Positions 6,410 to 16,066 of a DNA stretch of 32,000 nucleotides are shown here, piece by piece. Source of the stretch: Cereibacter sphaeroides 2.4.1 (GTDB lineage Bacteria; Pseudomonadota; Alphaproteobacteria; Rhodobacterales; Rhodobacteraceae); the NCBI RefSeq assembly GCF_000012905.2, contig NC_007493.2:690001-722000 (forward strand), in the 5' to 3' direction. The notes under the pieces are model-generated. The model was not told the origin of the DNA. It did no database searches and saw only the letters and a list, made by a program, of their open reading frames with translations. Positions within the stretch are counted from its first letter, which is position 1; every line of letters begins with the position of its first letter. A program made the translations under genes and the position numbers.

Positions 6410-6769
6410 ATGCGCCCCGTGCTCTATGTCCTCACCTTCCTCGCCGTGATGGGGCTGGCCTTCTGGGCCTACCGTGAGAACTATGCCACGCAGCAGGCGC
6501 TCAAGGATGTCTCGGCGCTCAACCGCGAGATCGCGACCCTGCGCGAGTCGCTCTCGGTGCAGCGCGCGGAATGGGCCTATCTGAACCGTCCCGACCGGCT
6601 GCGCGAGCTGGCGGCGCTGAACTTCGACCGTCTGGGCCTGCTGCCGCTCGAGGCCGTGCAATTCGGCTCGGCCGCGCAGGTCTCCTACCCGCCGGATCCG
6701 CTTCAGGTGGTCACGCCGCAGGATCTGCGGCCGGGCGACATCTCGGGCGAAGTGGGAGAGCCGCTGTGA
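6410..6769 (+). CDS. ftsL: Cell division protein FtsL (alphaproteobacterial type)
   Basis: 119 aa. It has one N-terminal TM segment (VLYVLTFLAVMGLAFWAY) followed by a coiled-coil-like segment. TGA-ATG abuts rsmH, and its stop overlaps the ftsI start (GTGA). The position between rsmH and ftsI is canonical. Confidence 0.85.
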   Translation: MRPVLYVLTFLAVMGLAFWAYRENYATQQALKDVSALNREIATLRESLSVQRAEWAYLNRPDRLRELAALNFDRLGLLPLEAVQFGSAAQVSYPPDPLQVVTPQDLRPGDISGEVGEPL

Positions 6770-8559
6770 TCCGCACGCCGCTGCGTCCCCTCGCCCGGAT
6801 CCTCGACGCCCGCGCCAAGGGCGAGAATCCCGATTCCATCGAGCGCGAGAACCGCCGCATCCGCCACGAGGCGATGCGCGACAAGGCGCGCAACCGCGCC
6901 GAGGGCCGGCTCCTGCTGCTCGGCCTCAGCTTCTTCCTCGCCTTCTCCGTCATTGGGGCGCGCATGGGGCTTCTGGCCTCGACCCAGCCCATGGAGCCGC
7001 GCGCGGCGGCGAGCGGGGCCGAGATCCTGAACCAGCGGGCCGACATTACCGACCGCTCGGGCCGGATCCTCGCCACGAACCTGCTGACCCATTCGCTCTA
7101 CGCCCATCCGCAGGACATGGTGGATCCCCTCCGGGTCGCCCGCGAGCTGGCGGCGATCTTCCCCGAACTGAAGGAAGAGGATCTCGCCAAGCGCTTCACC
7201 GACGGCCGCCGCTTCCTCTGGATCCGCAAGAAGCTCTCGCCCGAGCAGATGCAGCAGGTGCATGACATCGGCGACCCGGGCCTGCTCTTCGGCCCGCGCG
7301 AGATGCGCCTCTATCCCAACGGCCGGCTGGCGGCCCATGTGCTCGGCGGCACCAGCTTCGGCGCCGAGGGCGTCCATTCGGCGGAAGTGATCGGCACGGC
7401 CGGCATCGAGAAGGCGCTCGACACGCGGCTGCGCGATCCGGCGGCGGCCGGAGAGCCGCTGCAGCTCTCCATCGACCTGACCGTGCAGGCGGCCATCACC
7501 GAGGTTCTCGGCGCCGGCATGAAGATGATGAACGCCAAGGGCGCGACGGCGATCCTGATGGAGGCGCACAGCGGCGAGATCCTCGCGCTCGCCTCGCTGC
7601 CCGACTTCGATCCGAACGACCGTCCGGCGCCCCTCGTCGATCGCAACGCCGATCCCGGCGACAGCCCGCTCTTCAACCGCGCGGTGCAGGGCGTCTACGA
7701 ACTCGGCTCGACCTTCAAGATCTTCACCGTGGCTCAGGCGATGGAGCTGGGCCTCGTGAATGCGCAGACCATCGTCGATGCCAATGCGCCGATGCGCTGG
7801 GGCCGGTTCCTCATCAAGGAATTCAAGAACCACAATTACGGCCCGCTCCTCTCGGTCACCGACGTCATCGTGAAAAGCTCGAACGTGGGTGTGGCGCGGC
7901 TCGCGCTCCAGATCGGGGGGCTGCGCCAGCAGGCCTTCCTGAAATCGCTGGGCTTCTTCGATCCGACCCCGGTCGAGCTGGTCGAGGCACCCTATGCCCG
8001 CCCGCTCGTCCCCGCGAAATGGGCCGAGATCACCACGATCACCACCTCCTACGGCCACGGGCTCGCCGCGAGCCCGCTGCATCTGGCCGCGGCCTACGGC
8101 ACGATCGCGAACGGCGGCATCACCGTGAAACCCACGCTCCTTCATGGGAACGACCGTCCGCAGGGCGCGCGCGCCATGCGGGCCGAGGTCGCGCACGATT
8201 CGCTCGCGATGCTGCGGCAGGTGGTGACGCGCGGCACGGCCTCCTACGGCGACGTCGAGGGTTACGAGGTGGCGGGCAAGACCGGCACCGCCGACAAGCC
8301 CAACCCGCGCGGCGGCTATTATCACGACAAGGTGGTGAACACCTTCGCCTCCATCTTCCCCGCCTCGGACCCGCGCTATGTGCTGATCGTCACGCTCGAC
8401 GAGCCGGTCGAGACCTCGGGTCCCCAGCCGCGCCGGACGGCCGGCTACACCGCCGTCCCCGTGGCCGCCGAGATCATCCGTCGCACGGCGCCGCTCCTCG
8501 GCCTGCGCCCCAAGGTTGAAGCCCCACCCGTGGATCGGATAACAGCGGTGCGCAACTGA
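6766..8559 (+). CDS. ftsI: Peptidoglycan D,D-transpeptidase FtsI (PBP3)
   Basis: I prefer a GTG start at 6766, with GGGAG at 6753-6757 and an overlap with the ftsL stop. The 6571 ATG of the ORF track would overlap ftsL by 200 nt and gives a Gly/Ala/Arg-rich N-terminus. A TM segment LLLLGLSFFLAFSVIGA is present, plus STFK, SSN and KTGTA penicillin-binding motifs. Confidence 0.92.
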   Translation: MIRTPLRPLARILDARAKGENPDSIERENRRIRHEAMRDKARNRAEGRLLLLGLSFFLAFSVIGARMGLLASTQPMEPRAAASGAEILNQRADITDRSGRILATNLLTHSLYAHPQDMVDPLRVARELAAIFPELKEEDLAKRFTDGRRFLWIRKKLSPEQMQQVHDIGDPGLLFGPREMRLYPNGRLAAHVLGGTSFGAEGVHSAEVIGTAGIEKALDTRLRDPAAAGEPLQLSIDLTVQAAITEVLGAGMKMMNAKGATAILMEAHSGEILALASLPDFDPNDRPAPLVDRNADPGDSPLFNRAVQGVYELGSTFKIFTVAQAMELGLVNAQTIVDANAPMRWGRFLIKEFKNHNYGPLLSVTDVIVKSSNVGVARLALQIGGLRQQAFLKSLGFFDPTPVELVEAPYARPLVPAKWAEITTITTSYGHGLAASPLHLAAAYGTIANGGITVKPTLLHGNDRPQGARAMRAEVAHDSLAMLRQVVTRGTASYGDVEGYEVAGKTGTADKPNPRGGYYHDKVVNTFASIFPASDPRYVLIVTLDEPVETSGPQPRRTAGYTAVPVAAEIIRRTAPLLGLRPKVEAPPVDRITAVRN

Positions 8560-8573
8560 CAGGGAGACCGCTG

Positions 8574-10061
8574 ATGGCGGATCGCGCAGCAACACTCTCG
8601 GCGCTCGGGCTCACGCCCGCAGGCGGCCGCGGAGGCGACATCGCCGTGACCGGCCTCGCGGTTGACAGCCGGCAAGTGCGCCCCGGCACCCTCTTCGCGG
8701 CGCTGCCCGGCTCCCGCAGCCACGGCGCGAGCTTCGTGCCGGCGGCGCTCGCCGCAGGCGCCACCGCGATCCTCACCGATGCCGCCGGCGCGGCGCTCGC
8801 GCGCGAGGCGCTCGCGGGCTCGGGCGCGGCCCTCGTCCTGGCCGAGGATCCCCGCCAGACCCTCGCCGGCGCGGCCGCCCTCTGGTTCGGCCGCCAGCCC
8901 GCGACCGTGGTCGCCGTAACGGGCACCAACGGCAAGACCTCGGTCGCGACCTTCACCCGCCAGATCTGGGCGGCCCTCGGCCATGCCGCGATCAACATCG
9001 GCACGACCGGCGTCGAGGGCGCCTTCGCAGCCCCCTCCGCCCATACCACGCCCGAGCCCATCACCCTCCACCGGCTCCTCGCCGAGGCGGCCGAGGCGGG
9101 CGTCACCCATGCCGCCATGGAGGCCTCCTCCCACGGGCTCGAGCAGCGCCGCCTCGACGGCGTGCATCTCGCGGCCGCGGGCTTCACCAACTTCACCCAG
9201 GACCATCTCGACTATCACGAGACCTTCGAGGCCTATTTCGCCGCCAAGGCCGGGCTCTTCACCCGGGTCTTGCCCGACGAGGGCACGGCGGTCGTCAATC
9301 TCGACGATCCCCGCGGCCCCGAGATCGCGGCCCTCGCGCGGGCGCGCGCGCAACGGGTGATCGGCACGGGCTTTCACGCCGATGCGGACCTGCGCCTTCT
9401 CTCGCAGCGCTTCGACGCGACCGGGCAGGACCTCCGCTTCTCCTGGCAGGGCGAGGTGCATCTCGCGCGTCTGCCGCTGATCGGCGGCTTCCAGGCCTGG
9501 AACGTCGCGGTCGCGGCCAGCCTCGCCATCGGCGCGGGCGACGCCCCCGAGCGGGTCTTCGCCACCTTCTCCCGGCTTCAGGGCGTGCGCGGGCGGATGC
9601 AGCTCGCCGCCACCCGCAAGAACGGTGCCTCGGTCTTCGTCGATTATGCCCATACGCCCGACGCCCTCGCCACCGCCCTCAAGGCGCTGCGCCCGCATGT
9701 GATGGGGCGCATCGTCGTCGTCTTCGGTGCCGGCGGCGACCGCGACCGCGGCAAGCGCCCGCTGATGGGCCGCGCCGCGGCAGACCATGCCGACGTGCTC
9801 TATGTCACCGACGACAATCCCCGCACCGAGGATCCCGCCGCCATCCGCCGCGCCATCCTCGAGGCCTGCCCCGAGGCGCATGAGGTGGGCGACCGGGCCG
9901 AGGCCATCCTGCGCGGCGTCGATGCGCTCACGCCGGGCGACGCGCTCCTCATCGCGGGCAAGGGCCACGAATCGGGCCAGGTGGTGGGCACCGACATCTT
10001 CCCCTTCGACGATGCCGAACAGGCGAGCATCGCCACCGCCGCGCTGGACGGGCTGATATGA
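8574..10061 (+). CDS. murE: UDP-MurNAc-L-Ala-D-Glu:meso-diaminopimelate ligase MurE
   Basis: 495 aa. Motifs VTGTNGKTS (P-loop) and the DNPR motif (VTDDNPRTEDP). SD GGGAGA lies upstream. Confidence 0.95.
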   Translation: MADRAATLSALGLTPAGGRGGDIAVTGLAVDSRQVRPGTLFAALPGSRSHGASFVPAALAAGATAILTDAAGAALAREALAGSGAALVLAEDPRQTLAGAAALWFGRQPATVVAVTGTNGKTSVATFTRQIWAALGHAAINIGTTGVEGAFAAPSAHTTPEPITLHRLLAEAAEAGVTHAAMEASSHGLEQRRLDGVHLAAAGFTNFTQDHLDYHETFEAYFAAKAGLFTRVLPDEGTAVVNLDDPRGPEIAALARARAQRVIGTGFHADADLRLLSQRFDATGQDLRFSWQGEVHLARLPLIGGFQAWNVAVAASLAIGAGDAPERVFATFSRLQGVRGRMQLAATRKNGASVFVDYAHTPDALATALKALRPHVMGRIVVVFGAGGDRDRGKRPLMGRAAADHADVLYVTDDNPRTEDPAAIRRAILEACPEAHEVGDRAEAILRGVDALTPGDALLIAGKGHESGQVVGTDIFPFDDAEQASIATAALDGLI

Positions 10062-10149
10062 CCCCCACCTCCCTTCTTCATTCTGGCAGAAATATCCCGG
10101 GGGGCGCGGGGGGCTGGCCCCCCGTCTCCGCCGGCAACGGGCCTGACGC

Positions 10150-11583
10150 ATGACCCCCCTCTGGACCTCCGACGAGGCCGCCGCCACGACGGGCGGCCGC
10201 GCCACCCGCGCCTTCGCCGCCACAGGCGTCTCGATCGACACCCGCAGCCTCGGGCCGGGCGACCTCTTCGTGGCGCTCACCGACCAGCGCGACGGCCACG
10301 CCTTCGTGGCCGAGGCGCTGGCCCGTGGCGCCGCCGCGGCGCTGGTCTCGCGCCGCCCGGAAGGCCTCCCCGAGGATGCGCCGCTCCTTCTCGTGCCCGA
10401 TGTGCTGGAAGGGCTCCGCGCGCTCGGCCGCGCGGCCCGCGCCCGGACCCGCGCCCGCGTCGTGGGCGTGACGGGCTCGGTCGGCAAGACCTCGACCAAG
10501 GAGATGCTGCGCGCCACGCTCGGCGGGCAGGGCACCGTCCATGCCGCCGAGGCCTCCTACAACAACCACTGGGGCGTGCCGCTCACGCTGGCGCGGATGC
10601 CCGCCGACGTGGATTTCGCCGTCGTCGAGATCGGCATGAACCATCCGGGCGAGATCGCCCCGCTGTCGCGCCTCGCCCGGCCGCATCTGGCCCTCATCAC
10701 CACCGTGGCCGCGGCCCATCTCGAGGCCTTCGACAGCCTCTCCGCCATCGCCGAGGAGAAGGCCGCGATCCTCGAGGGGCTCGAGCCGGCCGGGCGCGCG
10801 ATCTTGCCCGCCGGGCTCGAGGTGTCGCCGGTGCTCGCAGCCCGCGCCGCGGCGCTGGGCGTGCCGGCCGTGACCTTCGGCCAGACGGCCGACGCCGACT
10901 GGCGCCTCGCCGACATCCAGATCACCCCCGAGGCCACCGTCGCGCGGGCGAGCCATGCCGGCGGAACCTTCCTCTTCAAGGTGCTGACGCCGGGCCGGCA
11001 TTTCGCCTCGAACGCGCTCGCCACTCTGGCCGCGGCCGAGGCGCTCGGGCTCGATCTCACCATCGCCGCCTGCGACTTGGGTCTCTGGACGCCGCCCTCG
11101 GGCCGCGGCACGCGCGAGCGCATCGCGCTCGACCCGGTGGACGAGGCAGGCTTCGACCTGATCGACGATGCCTTCAACGCCAATCCCGCCTCGATGGCGG
11201 CGAGCCTCGAGCTTCTGGCCGCGATGGCGCCCACCGACGGGGTCGGGCGGATCGCCGCCGGCCGCCGGATCGCCATCCTCGGCGACATGCTCGAACTCGG
11301 GCCCACCGAGGCAGAGCTGCATCGTGCGGTGGCCGACCATCCCGCCCTGGCCGAGATCGCCCTCGTTCACTGCGTGGGCCCCCGGATGCGGGCGCTCCAC
11401 GAGGCGCTGCCGCGCCGCCAGCGCGGCGAATGGGTCGAGACCGCGGCCGAGCTCGTGCCGCGGGCCCGTCTGCTCGTCGATGCGGGCGACATCGTGCTGG
11501 TGAAGGGCTCGAAAGGGATCAAGGTCAGCCTGGTGGTTGACGCGCTCCGCAAACTGGGCCAGTCGAGCCCATCCAGGACCTGA
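10150..11583 (+). CDS. murF: UDP-MurNAc-tripeptide:D-Ala-D-Ala ligase MurF
   Basis: 477 aa. Motif GVTGSVGKTSTKEM and Mur ligase middle and C-terminal domains. The position after murE is canonical. Confidence 0.95.
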   Translation: MTPLWTSDEAAATTGGRATRAFAATGVSIDTRSLGPGDLFVALTDQRDGHAFVAEALARGAAAALVSRRPEGLPEDAPLLLVPDVLEGLRALGRAARARTRARVVGVTGSVGKTSTKEMLRATLGGQGTVHAAEASYNNHWGVPLTLARMPADVDFAVVEIGMNHPGEIAPLSRLARPHLALITTVAAAHLEAFDSLSAIAEEKAAILEGLEPAGRAILPAGLEVSPVLAARAAALGVPAVTFGQTADADWRLADIQITPEATVARASHAGGTFLFKVLTPGRHFASNALATLAAAEALGLDLTIAACDLGLWTPPSGRGTRERIALDPVDEAGFDLIDDAFNANPASMAASLELLAAMAPTDGVGRIAAGRRIAILGDMLELGPTEAELHRAVADHPALAEIALVHCVGPRMRALHEALPRRQRGEWVETAAELVPRARLLVDAGDIVLVKGSKGIKVSLVVDALRKLGQSSPSRT

Positions 11584-11595
11584 GGGGCCGACCAG

Positions 11596-12678
11596 ATGCT
11601 GTATCTCCTGACCGCCTTCTCCGACGGCGGCGACATTTTCAACCTCTTCCGCTACCTGACCTTCCGGGCCGGAGCCGCCTTCTTCACCGCGCTGATCTTC
11701 GGCTTCCTCTTCGGCCGCCCGCTGATCGACTTCCTGCGCCGCAAGCAGGGCAAGGGCCAGCCGATCCGGGACGACGGGCCGACCACCCACTTCGCCAAGG
11801 CGGGCACCCCCACCATGGGCGGCCTTCTGATCCTCTCGGCACTTGTGGTCTCGACCCTCCTCTGGGCGCGGCTCGACAATCCTTACGTCTGGATCGTCCT
11901 CCTCGTGACCGTGGCCTTCGGCCTGATCGGCTTCGCCGACGACTATGCCAAGGTGAAGAAGCAGAACACCAAGGGCGTGCCGGGCCGGGTGCGTTTCCTG
12001 ATCGGGCTCCTGATCGCCGCGCTCGCGGCCATCGCGGCCGCCTGGTCGCATCCGCCGGATCTGACGCTCCAGCTCGCCATGCCCTTCTTCAAGGATGCGC
12101 TCATCAATCTCGGCTGGTTCTTCGTGCCCTTCGCCATGGTGGTGATCGTGGGCGCGGCCAATGCGGTGAACCTCACCGACGGGCTCGACGGGCTGGCCAT
12201 CATGCCGGTGATGATCGCGGGCACCACCCTCGGCGTGATCGCCTATGTCGTCGGCAACTTCAATCTGACCGACTATCTGGGCGTCCATTTCGTCCCCGGC
12301 ACGGGCGAGCTTCTGATCTTCAGCTCCGCGCTCGTGGGGGGCGGGCTGGGCTTTCTGTGGTACAACGCGCCCCCGGCCGCGGTCTTCATGGGCGACACGG
12401 GCTCGCTCGCCCTGGGCGGCGCGCTCGGCGCCATCGCGGTCTGCACCAAGCACGAGATCGTGCTCGCGATCGTGGGCGGCCTCTTCGTCACCGAGGCGCT
12501 CTCGGTCATCATCCAGGTTCTCTATTTCAAGCGCACCGGGCGGCGGGTGTTCCTGATGGCGCCGATCCACCACCATTTCGAGAAGAAGGGCTGGGCCGAG
12601 CCGCAGATCGTGATCCGCTTCTGGATCATCTCGCTGATCCTCGCCCTGATCGGCCTCTCGACCCTCAAGCTGCGCTGA
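11596..12678 (+). CDS. mraY: Phospho-N-acetylmuramoyl-pentapeptide transferase MraY
   Basis: 360 aa, polytopic. Motifs [19 protein letters not shown] and PIHHHFE. Confidence 0.97.
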   Translation: MLYLLTAFSDGGDIFNLFRYLTFRAGAAFFTALIFGFLFGRPLIDFLRRKQGKGQPIRDDGPTTHFAKAGTPTMGGLLILSALVVSTLLWARLDNPYVWIVLLVTVAFGLIGFADDYAKVKKQNTKGVPGRVRFLIGLLIAALAAIAAAWSHPPDLTLQLAMPFFKDALINLGWFFVPFAMVVIVGAANAVNLTDGLDGLAIMPVMIAGTTLGVIAYVVGNFNLTDYLGVHFVPGTGELLIFSSALVGGGLGFLWYNAPPAAVFMGDTGSLALGGALGAIAVCTKHEIVLAIVGGLFVTEALSVIIQVLYFKRTGRRVFLMAPIHHHFEKKGWAEPQIVIRFWIISLILALIGLSTLKLR

Positions 12679-12743
12679 GCGCAGCGCGCGCGCCCGGTCC
12701 TGCCGGGCGCTGCAGCCCCCGGGAACAAGCCCCGCCCGACGCC

Positions 12744-12772
12744 CGTTCTCCTGCCGCAACTTGAGGAGAACG
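12744..12772 (+). promoter_or_regulatory. Hairpin sequestering the SD of the BON-protein gene
   Basis: Stem CGTTCTCCT (12744-12752) pairs with AGGAGAACG (12764-12772): 9 bp with an 11-nt loop. The 3' arm is the only SD-like sequence (AGGAGA), and the ATG lies at 12775. Confidence 0.4.
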
Positions 12773-12774
12773 AC

Positions 12775-13356
12775 ATGGCAAAGGCGCCGCACGAGAGTCC
12801 CGAGGAAGGCGACCCGAAGGATCCCTACGCCACCGGCGACGCTGCGCGGCCCGGCTCGGCCACGATGGCCGACCGCGAGACCGAGCAGCCGCGCGATATC
12901 GACGATACCGGCCGCACCGATGCGTCGGGCTACGATGTCGATCCGCCGCCGGACGCCCGAACGCGGCACAGCCACGACATCGGCCTCTCCGACGAGGATG
13001 CCGAGCATCAGGGCTGGCGCGAGTTCGACAGCACCGTCGAATGGGAGGGCGAGGAGCCCTATCCGGCCGAGCCCGCCACCGACGTGGAGGAAGCGGCCGA
13101 AGAAGAGGCGCTGGCCGACGAGGATCTCGCCGACGATACGGGCGAAGAGGCCCCGGTGGCCGATCTGGCCGAGGCGGTGACGGCGCTCCTCGAGGACGAT
13201 CTCGAGATCGACGTGGCCGACCTCTCGGTCGAGGTGCGCGGCGCGACGGTGATCCTGCGCGGCAGCGCGGGCAGCGCCGAGGACAGCGAGCGCGCCGCCG
13301 AACGCGCGGCAGGCGTGCCGGGCGTGCGCGCGGTCGAGAACGAGCTCTCCGTCTGA
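12775..13356 (+). CDS. Acidic, largely disordered protein with a C-terminal BON domain
   Basis: 193 aa. The first ~140 aa are D/E/P-rich with no hydrophobic signal or TM segment. The C-terminus, LEIDVADLSVEVRGATVILRGSAGSAEDSERAAERAAGVPGVRAVENELSV, fits the BON (OsmY-type) pattern. Third codon positions are mostly G/C, as in neighbouring genes. Confidence 0.8.
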   Translation: MAKAPHESPEEGDPKDPYATGDAARPGSATMADRETEQPRDIDDTGRTDASGYDVDPPPDARTRHSHDIGLSDEDAEHQGWREFDSTVEWEGEEPYPAEPATDVEEAAEEEALADEDLADDTGEEAPVADLAEAVTALLEDDLEIDVADLSVEVRGATVILRGSAGSAEDSERAAERAAGVPGVRAVENELSV

Positions 13357-13788
13357 CGGTCCGGGCGTCGCCGGCGGCCTTCCGCGAGCCTTGCGTCCGA
13401 CGGCCCTTCGGACCGGGCCCCGCGCCGGGTCGGGACCGTCGGCCGGACGACCTTCGGCTCGGCTCCGGAACGGCCTTCCGTCCGCCGACCCCCGGGTCGG
13501 GCTCTTCGCCCGCTTCGCGTAAATCCTTCTTTCGGAAGACCCTGCGGCTTGGCTCCGCGCTCGTGCGGGGAACATGCCATGCGTCCGCGGCCCCCGGGTC
13601 AGGCTTCGCGCCCGGTTCGGATCGAACCTTCTGCCGGGCGACTCATCGGCCCCCTCTCTGCTCGGACCTGGGAAGGCGCTTGCCGGAGATCTGCGGATCG
13701 GTCGGGGCGGGAGAAGGGGAGGGGCCGCCTTGCACCTCCCCGCATCCGCCTCCATTCTCCGGCCCGATCTGCAGAAGGATGCGTCAGA

Positions 13789-15186
13789 ATGATTCCCGTC
13801 CGCGGCCTCGAGGGCCGAAAGGTGGCCGTGCTCGGCCTCGGCCGTTCCGGTCTTGCCACCGCCCGTGCGCTGGAAGCCGGGGGCGCCGAGCCGCTCCTGT
13901 GGGACGACAGCCCCGAAGCGCGCGCCAAGGCCGAGGGGCAGGGCTTCACGGTGACGGATCTCACCCGCGAGCGGGCTTTCGAGGGCGTGGCGCTTCTGGT
14001 GACGAGCCCCGGCATCCCGCATCTCTATCCCGCGCCGAACCCGGTTATCGCGCGCGCCATGGCGGCGGGCGTGCCGGTCGACAATGACATCGGCCTCTTC
14101 TTCCGCAGCTTCGCCACCCGCGACTGGGACGCGTTCGACCAGATGCCGCGCGTGGTCTGCGTCACCGGCTCGAACGGCAAGTCCACCACCACGGCGCTCA
14201 TCCATCACATCCTGTCGGAGGCCGGCCGGCCCACGCAGATGGCGGGCAACATCGGCCGCGGTGTGCTCGATCTCGACCCCGCCCGCGATGGCGAGGTGGT
14301 GGTGCTGGAGCTCTCCTCCTACCAGACCGATCTCGCCCGCGCGCTGACGCCCGACGTGGCGGTCTTCACCAACCTCTCGCCCGACCATCTCGACCGGCAC
14401 GGCGGGATGGGCGGCTATTTCGCGGCCAAGCGCCGACTGTTCGCCGAAGGCGGCCCGGACCGCGCCGTGATCGGGGTGGACGAGCCCGAGGGGCTCTATC
14501 TCGCGGGCCAGCTGTCGGTTGCGCCCGAGGATGACCGGGTGATCCGTATCTCGGCGGGCCAGAAGCTCGAGCGGTTCGGCTGGTCGGTCTTCGCGCGCAA
14601 GGGCTTTCTCGCGGAATGGCGCAAGGGCCGGCAGATGGCCTCGATCGACCTGCGCGCCATGCCGGGCCTGCCCGGGGCGCACAACCACCAGAACGCCTGC
14701 GCCGCCTATGCGGCCTGCCGGACGATGGGCCTCGCCCCGCGCCAGATCGAGGCGGCGCTCGCCTCCTTCGCGGGCCTGCCGCACCGGAGCCAGACGGTGG
14801 GCGAGAAGGGCGGCGTGCGCTTCGTGAACGATTCGAAGGCCACCAACGTGGACAGCGCGGCCAAGGCGCTGCAGGCCTTCCCGAAGATCCGCTGGATCGC
14901 GGGCGGGCTCGGCAAGGACGGCGGGATCGTGGCGCTCCAGCCGCATCTGGGCTCGGTGGTGAAGGCCTATCTCATCGGCCATTCGGCGCGCGATTTTGCG
15001 TTGCAGATCGGGGCGACCGACCACGAGATCTGCGAGACGATGGAGCGCGCGGTGGCCCGCGCGGCCGAGGAGGCGCAGCCGGGCGAGGTCGTGCTGCTTG
15101 CGCCTGCGGCGGCGAGCTTCGACCAGTATCCGAACTTCGAGAAGCGGGGCGAGGACTTCATGGAGAAGGTGAAGGCCCTGCTGTAA
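13789..15186 (+). CDS. murD: UDP-MurNAc-L-alanine:D-glutamate ligase MurD
   Basis: I prefer the ATG at 13789 ([34 protein letters not shown] 10-15 nt upstream) over the 13549 ATG, whose extra 80 aa are Arg/Pro/Ser-rich and not protein-like. [11 protein letters not shown]-loop is present. Confidence 0.93.
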   Translation: MIPVRGLEGRKVAVLGLGRSGLATARALEAGGAEPLLWDDSPEARAKAEGQGFTVTDLTRERAFEGVALLVTSPGIPHLYPAPNPVIARAMAAGVPVDNDIGLFFRSFATRDWDAFDQMPRVVCVTGSNGKSTTTALIHHILSEAGRPTQMAGNIGRGVLDLDPARDGEVVVLELSSYQTDLARALTPDVAVFTNLSPDHLDRHGGMGGYFAAKRRLFAEGGPDRAVIGVDEPEGLYLAGQLSVAPEDDRVIRISAGQKLERFGWSVFARKGFLAEWRKGRQMASIDLRAMPGLPGAHNHQNACAAYAACRTMGLAPRQIEAALASFAGLPHRSQTVGEKGGVRFVNDSKATNVDSAAKALQAFPKIRWIAGGLGKDGGIVALQPHLGSVVKAYLIGHSARDFALQIGATDHEICETMERAVARAAEEAQPGEVVLLAPAAASFDQYPNFEKRGEDFMEKVKALL

Positions 15187-15242
15187 CGACGGAATCCGGG
15201 CCGCGACGGTCGGCACGGCTGCAGGCGAGGGAGGGAGAGGAA

Positions 15243-15713
15243 ATGGAAGGACGCTGCATCTGCGGGGAGGTCGCCTACCGGCTGACCGAGCGGCCGCTCT
15301 TCGTTCATTGCTGTCACTGCAGCTGGTGCCAGCGCGAATCCGGCAGCGCCTTCGCGCTCAACGCCCTGATCGAGACCGACCGGATCGAGCTTCTGGCGGG
15401 GCAGCCCGAGAGGGTGGCGATCCCCTCGCATTCGGGCAAGGGGCAGGAGGTGCTGCGCTGCCCGCGCTGCCGGATCGCACTCTGGAGCCATTACGCCGGG
15501 GCCGGGCCGTTGATGGCCTTCGTCCGCGTGGGCACGCTGGCAGAGCCCGCGGCCTGTCCGCCCGACATCCACATCTACACCACGACGAAGCTGCCCTGGG
15601 TCCGGCTCGACGAGGGCGTGCCGGCCATGGCGGACTATTATGCCCGCAGCCAGCACTGGCCGGAGCCGAGCCTCGCCCGCTGGAAGATCCTGCGCGAACG
15701 CATGTCCGGTTGA
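15243..15713 (+). CDS. GFA/CENP-V-family (glutathione-dependent formaldehyde-activating-like) zinc protein
   Basis: 156 aa from the ATG at 15243, with a GGGAGAGGA SD. Cys pattern: CICGEV ... CCHCSWCQRESGSAF ... CPRCRIALW. The longer 14616 ORF overlaps murD out of frame. Confidence 0.85.
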   Translation: MEGRCICGEVAYRLTERPLFVHCCHCSWCQRESGSAFALNALIETDRIELLAGQPERVAIPSHSGKGQEVLRCPRCRIALWSHYAGAGPLMAFVRVGTLAEPAACPPDIHIYTTTKLPWVRLDEGVPAMADYYARSQHWPEPSLARWKILRERMSG

Positions 15714-16066
15714 TCCGGGGGCGCCGCCGGGCAGGGCAGGGTCGGAGGGCATCGACCGGTTGGGCGGGCGGTCCCCGCCGGCTGACTCCGCAGTTCGGCT
15801 GAAGGCCTGAACGACCGGGGGCGCTCGAGAGGGGCGGCGGCGGGCCGAAGCTCATGCGACGGGAAAGACAGCCATGGCGCCCGGGCTCCGGCGGCTGTCT
15901 CGCTCGGGCAGACCCGCGGCGCAGGCGGCCCGGTCCGGTCCCGATGCGGGTGTGCCGGCGGCCTTTTCCGCGTCTTCCCGCCAGAGGGCGACAGAAGGAT
16001 CGGCGACACGACGCGGGATCCTCATGACCGACACGGCCCCCGGCGCTCCTTCCGCCCCCCGTCCGC

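Noticed and set aside
6571-6765. N-terminally extended starts offered by the ORF track for ftsI (6571), and likewise murD (13549), GFA (14616), ftsW (16540), SRPBCC (16753), ftsQ (22476), bamD (27816) and SnoaL-like (31254)
   Set aside because: The extensions overlap the upstream gene out of frame or run through non-coding spacers, and they encode Arg/Gly/Pro-rich junk. Internal starts give canonical N-termini with an SD, or a lipoprotein signal in the case of bamD.
4628-10535. Long antisense ORFs opposite mraZ-rsmH-ftsL, ftsI and murE (677 aa, 630 aa, 696 aa) and many shorter out-of-frame ORFs
   Set aside because: Same reasoning: these are shadow ORFs of strongly supported sense genes, with GC-driven absence of stop codons.
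10078-15216. 1712-aa ORF antisense to murF-mraY-BON-murD
   Set aside because: It is a typical high-GC antisense artefact. The sequence is Arg/Gly/Ala/Pro-rich and low-complexity, it lies opposite genes with unmistakable conserved motifs, and no domains are recognisable.
15714-16066. Possible terminators or an sRNA in the convergent GFA/SRPBCC spacer (stems GGCGGG/CCCGCC at 15763-15779, GACAGCC/GGCTGTC at 15867-15899, CCGCGTC/GACGCGG at 15968-16016, and a TTTT at 15964-15967)
   Set aside because: Several GC hairpins exist, but none has a proper stem-plus-U-tract geometry on either strand, so I cannot support a specific call.
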